This document shows, piece by piece, positions 20,304-30,855 of a stretch of 64,000 nucleotides of DNA. Positions within the stretch are counted from its first letter, which is position 1. Each line of letters opens with the position of its first letter. A model generated the notes under the pieces. It had not been told where the DNA came from. It saw only the letters and a list, made by a program, of their open reading frames with translations, and made no database searches. The stretch is from SAR202 cluster bacterium (GTDB taxonomy: Bacteria; Chloroflexota; Dehalococcoidia; Lucifugimonadales; UBA826): assembly GCA_022447825.1 (NCBI GenBank), contig JAKUTY010000001.1:127777-191776 (forward strand). Reading direction: 5' to 3'. Both the position numbers and the translations under genes were made by a program.

Positions 20304-21858
20304 TAGTACCCCTGTAATTATTGATGACTTCAGGAATTTTATTATATAAATCTGAAGCTACTAAACCTGAGGTACCTTTAAACTCTTTTTCAATTTTGGC
20401 TATTTCAGAATGAAGAAAAACTGCTAATTCTGATGATTTTTCCAATGATAACCCTTGAGAAATAAATCCTGCGATCATACCTGCTAAAACATCCCCAGTT
20501 CCTGCAGTACTTAATAGAGGATTAGACTGAGGGTTTATCAATATTTCACCATTTGGAAATCCAATCAGTGTAAAAGCTCCTTTTAGGACTATGATCTTGT
20601 TCCAATAATTTGCAAAGTGCCTGACAACTTCAACTCTATCGTTTTGAATGTCTTCAATACTCATTCGTGTCAATCTAGACATCTCTTTTAAATGGGGAGT
20701 CAAAACTGCTTTATGTTTAAATCTATCCCACCACTTATAGGATTTAGATAAAATATTTAAAGCATCTGCATCTATCACAAAATTTGCTTTTTCATCAGAT
20801 GAAAACAGCACATTTTGTACAAATTGAACCTTATTTTCAGAAACTCCAAGCCCGCAACCTAGTAAAATCGAAGAATATTTTTTTATCTCTGATGCAATTT
20901 TTACATTATCAAATGGAGAAACTTTTAATTCACCACTTTTATCAACTGGTAATGAAAAAATGATCGACTCAGGTGTCAAACTTACAAATTGTCCCACAAT
21001 GTTTGATGGAATCATTCCTTCAACAAGTCCTGACCCAACTCTAATTGCTGCATTAGCAGCAAGAGCAACAGAACCAGGAAAATTTTTCGAACCTCCCATA
21101 ATCAAAGTTTTTCCAAAAGAACCCTTATTTGAATTTAGTTTTCTGACAGGAAAATCTTTAAAAGACGGAGCAGAAATTGATGTGGTTAAAATATTCACAT
21201 CAAATTCTTGATTTAAGCCAATATCTAGTACATTTAATTCGCCCACATATTCAACTGACAATGGATTGTAATGTCCTAATTTAGGAAATCCTAAAGCAAG
21301 AGTAAAATCAGCAATAATAGTAAATGGGTCACATTGGCCATTATTTGGATTTAACCCCGAAGGAATATCTACAGATATTATTGTATTTGTAGAATGATTT
21401 TCATTAATAATTTGAATAAATTGTCCTAACTCAAAATTAATTGGTCTAGACAATCCTGTACCAAAAATAGCATCAACGATCACATCAGATTTATCAATTA
21501 AGTCTACATAAGTTTGTTGAATTTGATTGTCAGAAAAATCGTATATTGGAGATTGCTGATCATCGTATAATTTCTTGAATTTTATCAATTCTGTATCATT
21601 TGAAGATCTTGGTCGTAAAATTACCAAAGAAACATCATAACCCTGAGATTTCAAATTTGATGCAGCTACAATCCCGTCAGATCCATTAGTTCCAGAACCT
21701 AATAAAAAAGTGATTTTATTAGAATCTCTAGTAAATCTTTCAGATATAAAATTAGCAATTAACAATCCAGAATTATTAATAAGGGTTTCATCGGTAATTG
21801 CATTCTGAAAAGAAAAGCTTTCTATTGCTTGCATTTGAAGCCTAGAAACAATTTTCAA
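20296..21858 (-). CDS. nnr: Bifunctional NAD(P)H-hydrate repair enzyme (epimerase + ADP-dependent dehydratase)
   Basis: 520 aa. N-terminal YjeF_N-type domain plus C-terminal carbohydrate-kinase-like domain (GTGDVLAG). Confidence 0.85.
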   Translation of the reverse strand: MKIVSRLQMQAIESFSFQNAITDETLINNSGLLIANFISERFTRDSNKITFLLGSGTNGSDGIVAASNLKSQGYDVSLVILRPRSSNDTELIKFKKLYDDQQSPIYDFSDNQIQQTYVDLIDKSDVIVDAIFGTGLSRPINFELGQFIQIINENHSTNTIISVDIPSGLNPNNGQCDPFTIIADFTLALGFPKLGHYNPLSVEYVGELNVLDIGLNQEFDVNILTTSISAPSFKDFPVRKLNSNKGSFGKTLIMGGSKNFPGSVALAANAAIRVGSGLVEGMIPSNIVGQFVSLTPESIIFSLPVDKSGELKVSPFDNVKIASEIKKYSSILLGCGLGVSENKVQFVQNVLFSSDEKANFVIDADALNILSKSYKWWDRFKHKAVLTPHLKEMSRLTRMSIEDIQNDRVEVVRHFANYWNKIIVLKGAFTLIGFPNGEILINPQSNPLLSTAGTGDVLAGMIAGFISQGLSLEKSSELAVFLHSEIAKIEKEFKGTSGLVASDLYNKIPEVINNYRGTSG

Positions 21859-22613
21859 AGATTTTCCTCAGAATCAGATATCCAAATCATTTCAGCTACT
21901 TGGAATCCGAAAACTAATTCTGATTCCAAACAAGATACTACAACTACTCCACGAGAGTCGGAGACATTTTTCAATTTAATTTTTTGATCTGGTAAAAAAC
22001 CATTTTCTACAAAATATGAGACCAAATTTTCATCATCCTCAGGAATTCTATTTACAATATAAGATGTATCAGTTTTAGCATTTGATAACGATATTAATTT
22101 CTTCGGTTTTTTATATGCGGAGCCTGGAATAGGATGGCCAAAGGGGCAAGTAGTAGGATGTTGAAGAATTTCAATAATTCTATGCTCCAAATACGGAGAA
22201 ATTGCATGTTCTAATCTATGTGCTTCTCTGTAAGCATATTTCAACTCAACCCCCAAAACATCAACAGCTAATCTTGCTGCTAACCTATGTCTTCTTAAAA
22301 TGCTTTGAGCTGACTGAAGACCCAATTTTGTAAATTGAATTTCTTTATTTGGACCAGTTTCAACTAATTGTTCTCTTGATAATCTTCTAACCATAGCACT
22401 AACTGATGGAAGCGATGTACCCAGTCCTTCAGCTTTTGGTAAATTTTTAAAATGTTCTGACAATCCAACAACAGTAACTTTAATTTCCTGTTCTTCTAGT
22501 CTTAAAATCGATAAAAGATAATTCTCCATGGCCATAGAAAGCCTATTTTCTTCCTGCATAAAAGGAAAATGTAATGGAGGTTGGGATTTTTTAATTTTGC
22601 CTGAAGGAGACAC
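21855..22613 (-). CDS. DtxR/MntR-family metal-dependent transcriptional regulator with C-terminal FeoA/SH3-like domain
   Basis: wHTH (MENYLLSILRLEE...SVSAMVRRL), a metal/dimerisation segment (RRHRLAARL...EAHRLEH) and a C-terminal extension. The start may be an internal Met. Confidence 0.8.
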   Translation of the reverse strand: MSPSGKIKKSQPPLHFPFMQEENRLSMAMENYLLSILRLEEQEIKVTVVGLSEHFKNLPKAEGLGTSLPSVSAMVRRLSREQLVETGPNKEIQFTKLGLQSAQSILRRHRLAARLAVDVLGVELKYAYREAHRLEHAISPYLEHRIIEILQHPTTCPFGHPIPGSAYKKPKKLISLSNAKTDTSYIVNRIPEDDENLVSYFVENGFLPDQKIKLKNVSDSRGVVVVSCLESELVFGFQVAEMIWISDSEENL

Positions 22614-22640
22614 TCTATGACTCCAAAAAAATGATTAAAT

Positions 22641-23039
22641 TTATCGCTTTGTATATTGTTTGGCTTTTCGGGCTCTTTTTAAACCAGGTTTTTTTCTTTC
22701 TTTAATCCTTGCATCACGAGTCAGCAACCCAGCTTTCTTTAATTGGTCTCTAAATTTACCGTCATCAATTTCAGACAATGCACGAGCTATGCCATGTCGA
22801 ATAGCTCCAGCTCGACCATTAACTCCTCCACCTCTAACTTTAGCTACAACTCGATATTTCCCTTGAGTGTTAGTTACAGTAAAAGGCTCATTAATAACTT
22901 GTTGCCAAATACTATAAGGAAAAGCATCTTCTATTAATTTGTCATCAATTACAACAGGACCTTCATCCTGATATAGCCTAACTTGAGCTACAGCAGTTTT
23001 TCTTTTCCCTACAGCATATGTGTATCCTTGATTGACCAA
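22641..23039 (-). CDS. rpsI: 30S ribosomal protein S9
   Basis: 132 aa with GGGVNGRAGAIRHGIARAL and the basic tail KKPGLKRARKAKQYTKR. Follows rplM. Confidence 0.95.
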   Translation of the reverse strand: MVNQGYTYAVGKRKTAVAQVRLYQDEGPVVIDDKLIEDAFPYSIWQQVINEPFTVTNTQGKYRVVAKVRGGGVNGRAGAIRHGIARALSEIDDGKFRDQLKKAGLLTRDARIKERKKPGLKRARKAKQYTKR

Positions 23040-23049
23040 TTAACTTCTC

Positions 23050-23487
23050 CTAACTATTTTTAGCATTAAATTGAGCTTGATGTGGATGGGTTTCATCCGA
23101 ATAAATTTTTAATCTAGACAGCATTCTTGTACCAGGGATATTTTTGGGCAACATTCCCTTTACAGCATTTCGAATCACTCTATCAGGATATGTGTCTAGC
23201 ATGTCTTTTAATGAAGTTTCTTTCAATCCGCCATGATATCCACTATGTCTAAAATAAGACTTATCTTCTAATTTATTTCCTGTAGTTTGAATTTTCTTAG
23301 CGTTAACCACAACTACATAGTCACCAGTATTCATGTATTTAACATATGTGGTTTTATGTTTACCTTGTAATAACAAAGCAATTTTAGAACAAATTCTTCC
23401 TAAAGTTTGACCATCAGCATCAATTAAATGCCAATCCGGATTCAATTCGGATTTTTTAGGTTGTATCATTTTTTGTCTTATAGCCAT
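23050..23487 (-). CDS. rplM: 50S ribosomal protein L13
   Basis: DWHLIDADGQTLGR...GKHK motifs. The ORF-track GTG start at 23505 is probably too long; ATG 23487 has a GAGGA SD 5 nt upstream. Confidence 0.93.
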   Translation of the reverse strand: MAIRQKMIQPKKSELNPDWHLIDADGQTLGRICSKIALLLQGKHKTTYVKYMNTGDYVVVVNAKKIQTTGNKLEDKSYFRHSGYHGGLKETSLKDMLDTYPDRVIRNAVKGMLPKNIPGTRMLSRLKIYSDETHPHQAQFNAKNS

Positions 23488-23501
23488 ATTAATCCTCAAA
23501 T

Positions 23502-24248
23502 TCACTTTTTAGGGAAATATTCATAATTCACTTTTTCTAAACATAATCCATTTGCTGGTAATGAAGGAGATATATTATCTCCCCTTGCACTGATTAATTC
23601 AAATAATTCATCCAAATTCATTTTACCTTTCCCAACATTCAATAAACTACCAATCATTCTCCGCACCTGTCTAGGTAAAAATGCATTACCTTCAACAGTA
23701 TAAAAAATAGAGTCATCTATGGTGTGTACTTTAGAATCAAATATCTCTCTTACAGTAGAAAGTCCCATTTCAATAGGAGAACAGAATTTCTTAAAGTCAT
23801 GAACTCCCAAAAACATTCTAGAAGCTTCTTTCATGATTCCGATATCTAACTCAGAAGACTCAAAATACATGGTTCTTCTCAAGAGCGGTGATGTGAAATC
23901 AGAGTTTAATATTGAATATTTATAAACTCTAGATAGAGCATCTCTTCGAGGATCAAAATTGTGAGGCACCTCAGAAATAAACTTGACAGCAATGTCATCT
24001 GGCAAATAATAATTGATTCCACGAGAATATACCGTTAAATCATCAGAAAAACTGGAATCAAAAGCAACAACTTGATTCTTTGCGTGAACTCCAGAATCTG
24101 TTCTACCAGCCCCTTTAATTCTTACAAAATCACCGGTCAGACAATTTATTGATTTTTCTAATTCCCCCTGTATAGTTCTTGCGTTTTCCTGAAATTGAAA
24201 TCCACTATATTCAGTGCCTTCATATTCTATTATTAGAGCTAACCGCAT
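23502..24248 (-). CDS. truA: tRNA pseudouridine(38-40) synthase
   Basis: 248 aa with catalytic motif GAGRTDSGVHA. Confidence 0.92.
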   Translation of the reverse strand: MRLALIIEYEGTEYSGFQFQENARTIQGELEKSINCLTGDFVRIKGAGRTDSGVHAKNQVVAFDSSFSDDLTVYSRGINYYLPDDIAVKFISEVPHNFDPRRDALSRVYKYSILNSDFTSPLLRRTMYFESSELDIGIMKEASRMFLGVHDFKKFCSPIEMGLSTVREIFDSKVHTIDDSIFYTVEGNAFLPRQVRRMIGSLLNVGKGKMNLDELFELISARGDNISPSLPANGLCLEKVNYEYFPKK

Positions 24249-24264
24249 TCAAAAAATGCATCCA

Positions 24265-24618
24265 CTAATCTACTAATTCTAGTATAGCCATTTCTGAAGC
24301 ATCACCTTTTCTTGGTCCAAGTTTGATGATTCTTGTATAACCACCATTTCTGTTTTCAAATCTTGGGCCAATTTCATCACAAACTTTCTTAACCATGTCT
24401 TGGTCAGTAAGCAATGCTGCTACTTTTCTGCGATGGTGTAGAGAGCCTTTTTTACCCAAAGTAATGACTTTTTCTGCCATCTTTCTAACTTCTTTAGCTT
24501 TGCTATCAGTAGTATTCATTTTTTCATGTCTCAAAAAATCAGTCACCATATTTCTCAACATCAAATTTCTGTGAGCAGTGGGTCTACCTAATTTTCTTCC
24601 TGATAAACGATGTTTCAT
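24265..24618 (-). CDS. rplQ: 50S ribosomal protein L17
   Basis: 117 aa. N-terminus [17 protein letters not shown]. Follows rpoA. Confidence 0.95.
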   Translation of the reverse strand: MKHRLSGRKLGRPTAHRNLMLRNMVTDFLRHEKMNTTDSKAKEVRKMAEKVITLGKKGSLHHRRKVAALLTDQDMVKKVCDEIGPRFENRNGGYTRIIKLGPRKGDASEMAILELVD

Positions 24619-24641
24619 CTTACTTCCTATTTACCCTACAA

Positions 24642-25655
24642 TTATTCTTCTGAAATCTCTTCCGCTCCACCAATAAATTTGGATGAACTGTCGGGCAGAA
24701 TATCCATTTCTCTAAATTTATCGTAAAGCTCATTATAAGATTTTTCACCAAAATTTCTGATATTCAAAAGTTCTTCTTTTGATTTTTCAATTACTTCTCC
24801 AACCTTGTTCAATCCTGCACGTTTCAAGCAATTCAAAGTTCTAGACGATAAATCCAATTCTTCAACTGTTAAATTGTAATGCTCTGCAGGAATATCCATA
24901 GTAACTCCTTCAGATCCTTCTTGAACATCATCAGCTTTTGTAAACAAGAAAAACTGATTCACTAATAGATTGGCAGACTCAATTACAGCTTCTGCAGGGA
25001 ACACAGATCCATCAGTCCATATTTCCAAATGGAGTTGTTCGTAATCTGCTTTGTTCCCAACTCTAGTTTGTGAAACAGAATAATTTACTTTTCTAACCGG
25101 AGTAAAAATAGAATCAATTTGAATAACACCTATAGGAAACCCGTCACCGCTATCCGCTACTTTATATCCTTTTCCTTTTTCTACATTCATTTCAATTTGA
25201 AGATGAACATCATCAGAATTTGAAGTGGCAATATGAATTTCAGGATTCACAATAGACATACCAGATGGAACAGATATATCAGAACCAGTAATTTGTCCTG
25301 ATCCTTTGTAATCAATCGTCATTGTTCCAGGATTTTCAATTTCACATCTAATTCTAATATTTTTGATGTTAAGTAAAATTTGAGAGACTTCTTCTCGAAT
25401 ATTTTCAATATTACTGTACTCGTGCAAAACACCTTCAATTTTCACCCAAGTAACAGCTGTCCCATATAGAGAGTTATACAAAACTCTTCTTAACGGATTT
25501 CCTAATGTCACTCCATAGCCAGGTTCTAGTGGACCTACTATAAATCTCCCGTATTCATCGGAAACTTCTTCTACAGACAGTTTAGGGTTAACAATTACAA
25601 CTTCGTTTTCTTCTTCGAATGATAAAATTGGGGAATTTGGATATTCCAAAGTCAT
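24642..25655 (-). CDS. rpoA: DNA-directed RNA polymerase subunit alpha
   Basis: 337 aa. N-terminal assembly domain plus C-terminal domain (LDLSSRTLNCLKRAGL). Conserved alpha-operon position. Confidence 0.95.
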   Translation of the reverse strand: MTLEYPNSPILSFEEENEVVIVNPKLSVEEVSDEYGRFIVGPLEPGYGVTLGNPLRRVLYNSLYGTAVTWVKIEGVLHEYSNIENIREEVSQILLNIKNIRIRCEIENPGTMTIDYKGSGQITGSDISVPSGMSIVNPEIHIATSNSDDVHLQIEMNVEKGKGYKVADSGDGFPIGVIQIDSIFTPVRKVNYSVSQTRVGNKADYEQLHLEIWTDGSVFPAEAVIESANLLVNQFFLFTKADDVQEGSEGVTMDIPAEHYNLTVEELDLSSRTLNCLKRAGLNKVGEVIEKSKEELLNIRNFGEKSYNELYDKFREMDILPDSSSKFIGGAEEISEE

Positions 25656-25671
25656 CTAATAAACTCCTTGG

Positions 25672-26271
25672 TTATTTAGAATAAAACTCGACAATTTGAA
25701 CAGTATCTACTACTAATTCACCATCTTGAGCAGTTGGTTCACTAACAACAGTAGAAGACATTTCGTCTGGATCAACGCTGACCCAATGAACTGATGCTAT
25801 AGTTTTACTGTTTTCTATAGCAAATTGATAAAGAGAAGTTTTTGTTGCTTTTTCAGTCCACTGAATCTTATCGCCCATTTTGACTTGATAAGATGGAATG
25901 TCTACTTTTCGACCGTTTACTAAAAAATGTCCATGATTCACAGCTTGTCTAGATTGTTTTCTAGTTAAAAACATCCCAGATCTGTACAAAACATTGTCCA
26001 ATCTACGCTCTAACAAGATCATAAGATTGTCACCTGTGATCCCATCCATATCTAAAGCTTTTTTATAATAATTTCTAAATTGTTTTTCTAAAACACCATA
26101 AAGAAAACGCGCTTTTTGCTTTTCTCTAAGCTGTAATCCATAGTTAGTAATCCTTCTACGTCTAGCTAAGGCAGGATTGCCTCTTTTATCTTTTCTAGTG
26201 GAATATACACCATAAGATTCTAAGCCTAAATGTCGTAATTTTTTCTGAAGAGGTCCAATGTATCTAGCCAT
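25672..26271 (-). CDS. rpsD: 30S ribosomal protein S4
   Basis: 199 aa, starts MARYIGP, with an S4 RNA-binding domain. Confidence 0.95.
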   Translation of the reverse strand: MARYIGPLQKKLRHLGLESYGVYSTRKDKRGNPALARRRRITNYGLQLREKQKARFLYGVLEKQFRNYYKKALDMDGITGDNLMILLERRLDNVLYRSGMFLTRKQSRQAVNHGHFLVNGRKVDIPSYQVKMGDKIQWTEKATKTSLYQFAIENSKTIASVHWVSVDPDEMSSTVVSEPTAQDGELVVDTVQIVEFYSK

Positions 26272-26654
26272 TAAACTCTCCTTCTTTTAGGGGGACGGCA
26301 ACCATTATGAGGAATAGGTGTGACATCCTTAATACTAGTAACTGCAATTCCAGCACCTTGAATAGCTCTAATAGCAGCTTCTCGTCCGGCACCTGGACCT
26401 CGAACAAATACATCAACAAACTTCATACCTTGATCCATTGCTTTTTTAGCAGCATCTTCACCTGCTCTTTGAGCAGCAAAAGCTGTAGATTTCCTTGAAC
26501 CTTTAAAGCCCGCAGTCCCAGCACTCCCCCATGAAACTGTGTTACCAGAGGGGTCAGTCAGAGTAATAATAGTATTATTGAATGTTGATTGAATGAATGC
26601 TTTACCATTAGGTACCTGCAATCTATCTTTTTTTCGCGTTCTCTGTCTTGCCAT
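26271..26654 (-). CDS. rpsK: 30S ribosomal protein S11
   Basis: 127 aa with [14 protein letters not shown] and tail [13 protein letters not shown]. Confidence 0.95.
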   Translation of the reverse strand: MARQRTRKKDRLQVPNGKAFIQSTFNNTIITLTDPSGNTVSWGSAGTAGFKGSRKSTAFAAQRAGEDAAKKAMDQGMKFVDVFVRGPGAGREAAIRAIQGAGIAVTSIKDVTPIPHNGCRPPKRRRV

Positions 26655-26664
26655 TTAGTATCCT

Positions 26665-27033
26665 TTAAGCGCTCTTTCTAGACACAGCAACTCTGCGTCC
26701 TCTTTTTGTTCTGGCATTAGTCTTAGTTCTTTGTCCCCGTAAAGGTAAAGCCCTTCTGTGTCTAGTGCCTCGATAACATCCAATATCAATTAAACGACGG
26801 ATATTTGAATTAACTTCTCGTCTCAAATCTCCTTCAACTATTTTTTCTCTATCAATAACATCGCGGATTCGATTTAAAGCATCATCTGATAAATCCTTAA
26901 CTCTTGGATTATCTAACACTCCTGCCTTTTCAACTACATCCAAGGCTTGTGTTGGACCAATCCCATAAACATAAGTTAAAGCTGTTTCAACTCTTTTATT
27001 GTCAGGTATATTGACACCTGAAACTATTGCCAT
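26665..27033 (-). CDS. rpsM: 30S ribosomal protein S13
   Basis: 122 aa. N-terminus [15 protein letters not shown] and a basic C-terminal tail. Confidence 0.95.
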   Translation of the reverse strand: MAIVSGVNIPDNKRVETALTYVYGIGPTQALDVVEKAGVLDNPRVKDLSDDALNRIRDVIDREKIVEGDLRREVNSNIRRLIDIGCYRGTRHRRALPLRGQRTKTNARTKRGRRVAVSRKSA

Positions 27034-27035
27034 AA

Positions 27036-27149
27036 CTATCCCTGCCTTTGTTTACAACGCTTATTTTCACATATAACCATTACTCGACGATTACGTCGAA
27101 TAATGCGACATTTCGGACATATTTTTTTTACCGAAGATCTAACTTTCAT
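27036..27149 (-). CDS. rpmJ: 50S ribosomal protein L36 (Cys-containing form)
   Basis: Below the ORF-track size cutoff. Manual translation: [37 protein letters not shown]. Lies between infA and rpsM as expected. Confidence 0.93.
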   Translation of the reverse strand: MKVRSSVKKICPKCRIIRRNRRVMVICENKRCKQRQG

Positions 27150-27169
27150 TAATTTTTATCTCCAAAATC

Positions 27170-27394
27170 CTATCTAAACCTGTAGGTGATTCTGCCCCTA
27201 GTCAAATCATAGGGAGACAAATCAACCAAAACCCTGTCACCAGGAAGAACTCTAATATAATTGACTCTCAATTTTCCTGAGATGTAGGCCAATACCTCAT
27301 GACCATTTGCCAGTTCCACTCTAAACGATGCATTAGGCAACGCTTCAATAACTGTGCCCTCAACTTCTATTGATTCTTTTTCTTTTTTTGTCAT
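27170..27394 (-). CDS. infA: Translation initiation factor IF-1
   Basis: 74-aa S1-like OB-fold sequence ([33 protein letters not shown]). Confidence 0.95.
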   Translation of the reverse strand: MTKKEKESIEVEGTVIEALPNASFRVELANGHEVLAYISGKLRVNYIRVLPGDRVLVDLSPYDLTRGRITYRFR

Positions 27395-27472
27395 AAATCC
27401 TATTTTGTTTTTTATTCAGCATAAAACGCGCCGAAGATACAGTATACAACGATATTCAATATCTTCCTATAT

Positions 27473-28249
27473 TTAAGTTAACACTTCGGGCCCATTTTCA
27501 GTTATAGCTACCGTATGCTCAAAATGTGCAGATAATTCTCCATCTTCTGTGACTATAGTCCAACCATCTGCAGCAATCTTAGTTTTCCATGTACCTACAT
27601 TCAACATAGGTTCAATAGCAAAAACCATTCCATGTCGCAACAGAGGTCCTTTACCAGGTTGTCCGTAATTTGGGACTTGAGGTTCTTCATGTAGTGAACT
27701 TCCAATACCATGTCCTACATATTCTCTTACTATAGAAAAACCTGATTTTTCTGAAGAAACCTGTATTGCGTGTGATATATCAGATAATCTAGCACCAACA
27801 ATAGCATTCTTGATTCCTTCATCTAATGCTGTTTTTGTAGCTACCATTAAATTTTCAGCTACAGACGACACCTTTCCTACTCCAACAGTAAAAGCTGTAT
27901 CTCCATGAAACCCTTCTACAATAGCGCCAAAATCAAGACTAACAATATCTCCATCTTTTATTTTTCGTTTACTTGGAATTCCATGAACAATTTCTTCATT
28001 AAAAGAAAAACATATAGTTGCAGGAAATGGCGACATTGAGGGAGATGGTTGATACCCCTTAAAAGAAGGAATAGCCCCCTCTTTTCTTATATTCTCTTCA
28101 GCTAGTGAATCTAATTCTAAACTAGTCACTCCTGGCCCAATAGCTTCTTTAACAAGTTTTTTAGTATCTGCTAGAATTTTTCCTGCCTGTCTCATCAAAT
28201 CCAATTCTCTAGAAGATTTTATAGTTATTCCCGAGGGTTGATTAATCAT
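27473..28249 (-). CDS. map: Methionine aminopeptidase type I
   Basis: 258-aa pita-bread fold with metal-ligand segments (DIVSLDFGA, GHGIG, FAIEPM, HFEHT). Confidence 0.93.
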   Translation of the reverse strand: MINQPSGITIKSSRELDLMRQAGKILADTKKLVKEAIGPGVTSLELDSLAEENIRKEGAIPSFKGYQPSPSMSPFPATICFSFNEEIVHGIPSKRKIKDGDIVSLDFGAIVEGFHGDTAFTVGVGKVSSVAENLMVATKTALDEGIKNAIVGARLSDISHAIQVSSEKSGFSIVREYVGHGIGSSLHEEPQVPNYGQPGKGPLLRHGMVFAIEPMLNVGTWKTKIAADGWTIVTEDGELSAHFEHTVAITENGPEVLT

Positions 28250-28874
28250 TTAGCGCCATCTCCAATTCACTCTCTACTTCATCAACACTTTTAGAACCAT
28301 CAACAGTAATTAATTTATTCTGTTTGGCATAATATTGGATCACAGGTTGAGTTTCTTGCATGTATACCTTAAGTCTATTAGTTACAACATCAGCTTTATC
28401 ATCATCTCGCTGATAAAGCTCATCCGGACATTTATCACAAATCATGCCGTTCTTTGATGGATAAAATATTTTATGAAAAGAAGCTTGACAAGTTCTACAA
28501 ATCAATCTTCCAGACAAACGTTCAATCAAATCATTATTAGGAACATCAAAAAATATAACCTTGTCTACTGAACCTAATTCCTCATCCAAAGCTATAGCTT
28601 GTGGCAGTGTCCTCGGGAAACCATCTAATACAAAACCAGACGTATTAGAAGGATCGTTGATCCAATCCAAGACCATTCGAATAGTCACATCATCAGGAAC
28701 GTACTCTCCACGGTCCATAAAGGTCTTTGCTAATATTCCTAGTTCGGATTTCTCTGACAAATTTTTTCGAAAAAGATCACCAGAAGATACACTTGAAACC
28801 TTAGCTTTTTGAGCTATAAAACCGGCTTGCGTTCCCTTACCAGAACCAGGTGCTCCCATTAAGAGAATTCTCAT
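28242..28874 (-). CDS. adk: Adenylate kinase (Cys4 zinc-lid type)
   Basis: P-loop GAPGSGKGT. The lid carries CRTC...CDKC. Confidence 0.93.
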   Translation of the reverse strand: MRILLMGAPGSGKGTQAGFIAQKAKVSSVSSGDLFRKNLSEKSELGILAKTFMDRGEYVPDDVTIRMVLDWINDPSNTSGFVLDGFPRTLPQAIALDEELGSVDKVIFFDVPNNDLIERLSGRLICRTCQASFHKIFYPSKNGMICDKCPDELYQRDDDKADVVTNRLKVYMQETQPVIQYYAKQNKLITVDGSKSVDEVESELEMALND

Positions 28875-30208
28875 TAAATGAATCCTTCATAATTTCTCAT
28901 TAATAACTGAGACTCAAGTTGACGCATAGTATCAAGAGCAACCCCGACCATTATCAGCAGGCTTGTACTGCTTAACGTCAAGGATCTAATATCGGTAGCC
29001 AATGTAATAAAAAACGGAACAACTGCTATAAATCCTAAGAATATAGCTCCTCCCCAAGTAACTCTCACAATTACTTTGTTTAGGTACTCTTGAGTGGGAG
29101 TTCCGGGACGAATCCCAGGAACAAAACCTCCATTTTTCTGAAGCGTCTCTGCGAGATTCTGTTGCTGATAAATTACAATCGTATAAAAAAAAGTGAACAT
29201 AACAACAAGAAAAAACACTGCTATCCAATAGGGTAAATTAGTGGGACTTAAAGTGTTAACAAAAAATGTTGCGATTGAATTGCCAAATCCATCACCTACA
29301 GGGTCTCTAAAATAACTAGCAATAGTAGCAGGCAAAATAATAATTGAAAAAGCAAAAATTAAAGGAATCATACCAGCTGTATTGACTCGAATTGGAAGAA
29401 AGGATGATCCTGATTGACGTTGCATTCGACCACCTCTAAATACACTTCTACCATATTGAACTGGAATTCTGCGAACAGCTTCATTAAAGAATACAATCAA
29501 AAATATAATCGCAAACCCAATCACACCCAATACCATCAAACTAGAAACAAAATCATTCTCCAAAAATCCTTGTCCAACTAATTGAGGAAAACTAGCAACT
29601 ATTCCACCAAATATAATCAAAGAAATTCCATTACCTAAACCTTTTTCAGTAATCAATTCCCCAAGCCAAACTAAAAACATAGTGCCTGCAACTAATGAAA
29701 GCATCATAGCTAAAGTATGAACATTAAGTCCAAAATCAATGCCTGGCAAAACACCTGATGATCTGAGCAGAGTTAATTGCCCTAATCCTTGCAAAAAAGC
29801 TATGGGAACGGTCAAATAATGAGTGTATTGATTAATTTTTTGTCGACCATAGTCACCTTCTTGAGACAAATCTTTCAACATAGGGACTACAGGTGTCAGA
29901 ATCTGCATAATAATAGAAGACGTAATATAGGGATACACACCCAAAGCAGCCACACTAAGATTTGCTAATGCACCTCCACTAAACAAGTCCAAAAACCCTA
30001 ATAGTGCCTGTTGACGAAATGCTTGAGACAAAGCTTGAGTATCAACTCCAGGAACAGGTACATGAGCAACAAAGCGAAATATCAATAACATCGCAAAAGT
30101 AAATAAAATTTTATTTCGTAAATCAGGAACTTTCATAGAGTCTATCAAAGCCTGAATCAATTGAGGCCTAGATAACTCTTCTCCTCTAGATGATGATTGT
30201 CTTAACAT
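28874..30208 (-). CDS. secY: Preprotein translocase subunit SecY
   Basis: 444-aa polytopic membrane protein between rplO and adk. Confidence 0.95.
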   Translation of the reverse strand: MLRQSSSRGEELSRPQLIQALIDSMKVPDLRNKILFTFAMLLIFRFVAHVPVPGVDTQALSQAFRQQALLGFLDLFSGGALANLSVAALGVYPYITSSIIMQILTPVVPMLKDLSQEGDYGRQKINQYTHYLTVPIAFLQGLGQLTLLRSSGVLPGIDFGLNVHTLAMMLSLVAGTMFLVWLGELITEKGLGNGISLIIFGGIVASFPQLVGQGFLENDFVSSLMVLGVIGFAIIFLIVFFNEAVRRIPVQYGRSVFRGGRMQRQSGSSFLPIRVNTAGMIPLIFAFSIIILPATIASYFRDPVGDGFGNSIATFFVNTLSPTNLPYWIAVFFLVVMFTFFYTIVIYQQQNLAETLQKNGGFVPGIRPGTPTQEYLNKVIVRVTWGGAIFLGFIAVVPFFITLATDIRSLTLSSTSLLIMVGVALDTMRQLESQLLMRNYEGFI

Positions 30209-30658
30209 CTATTCTATTTCCTGAACTGTTCCCCCAGCAGCAATGATCTTGTCTTTTGCTGAACGAGAAAACTTATGAGCAGTAACATTGACTGAGAAAT
30301 TAATTTCTCCTTCACCTAAAATTTTAATTGGAGAATTTGTATTTTTTAACACATTTTTATCAACTAAAGTTTCGGGAGAAATTTGACTGTCTTTTTCGTA
30401 CAATTTCGAAATTGTACTCAAATTAATTGGGATAAATTCACGACGAAATATATTATTAAATCCTCTTAACGCAGATAATTTTTTGATTAAAGGTAATTGA
30501 CCACCTTCAAATCCAGGGCGTACACCACCACCTGATCGAGATTTTTGGCCTTTCATTCCTTTTCCAGAATAACTACCCGAGCCGCTCGAGTCACCTCTTC
30601 CTACTCGTTTTCTATTTTTTTTCGATCCTTCAGGAGATTTCAATGAATGTTGTTGCAT
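30209..30658 (-). CDS. rplO: 50S ribosomal protein L15
   Basis: 149 aa with the Gly-rich N-terminal region GRGDSSGSGSYSGKGMKGQKSRSGGG. Confidence 0.95.
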   Translation of the reverse strand: MQQHSLKSPEGSKKNRKRVGRGDSSGSGSYSGKGMKGQKSRSGGGVRPGFEGGQLPLIKKLSALRGFNNIFRREFIPINLSTISKLYEKDSQISPETLVDKNVLKNTNSPIKILGEGEINFSVNVTAHKFSRSAKDKIIAAGGTVQEIE

Positions 30659-30675
30659 GTTTCACTTCACTTAAT

Positions 30676-30852
30676 TTATTCAATTACATCCACTAGATGC
30701 TTCACTTTATTAACCATTCCCATAATTGAATCAGTTTTTTCATGTTCAACTGTATGATTCAATCTCTTCAATCCAAGACTTTCAATAACTTTTCTCTGTC
30801 TATGAGAATAACCTATAGTGCTTTTCTTCCATGTAATTTTAATTTTAGACAT
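30676..30852 (-). CDS. rpmD: 50S ribosomal protein L30
   Basis: Below the ORF-track cutoff. Manual translation: MSKIKITWKKSTIGYSHRQRKVIESLGLKRLNHTVEHEKTDSIMGMVNKVKHLVDVIE (58 aa). Lies between rpsE and rplO. Confidence 0.9.
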   Translation of the reverse strand: MSKIKITWKKSTIGYSHRQRKVIESLGLKRLNHTVEHEKTDSIMGMVNKVKHLVDVIE

Positions 30853-30855
30853 TGC

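Noticed and set aside
27431-27466. Nested inverted repeats (GAAGATA...TATCTTC and GATATTcAATATC) between map and infA as an attenuator or operator
   Set aside because: The arms are AT-rich and short, only a 4-U run follows several nt after the stem, and there is no supporting context. This is too weak to call.
28986-29228. 80-aa same-strand alternative-frame ORF inside secY
   Set aside because: It is nested in another frame of secY. The composition is non-protein-like (Cys/Ser/Tyr-rich) and there is no SD.
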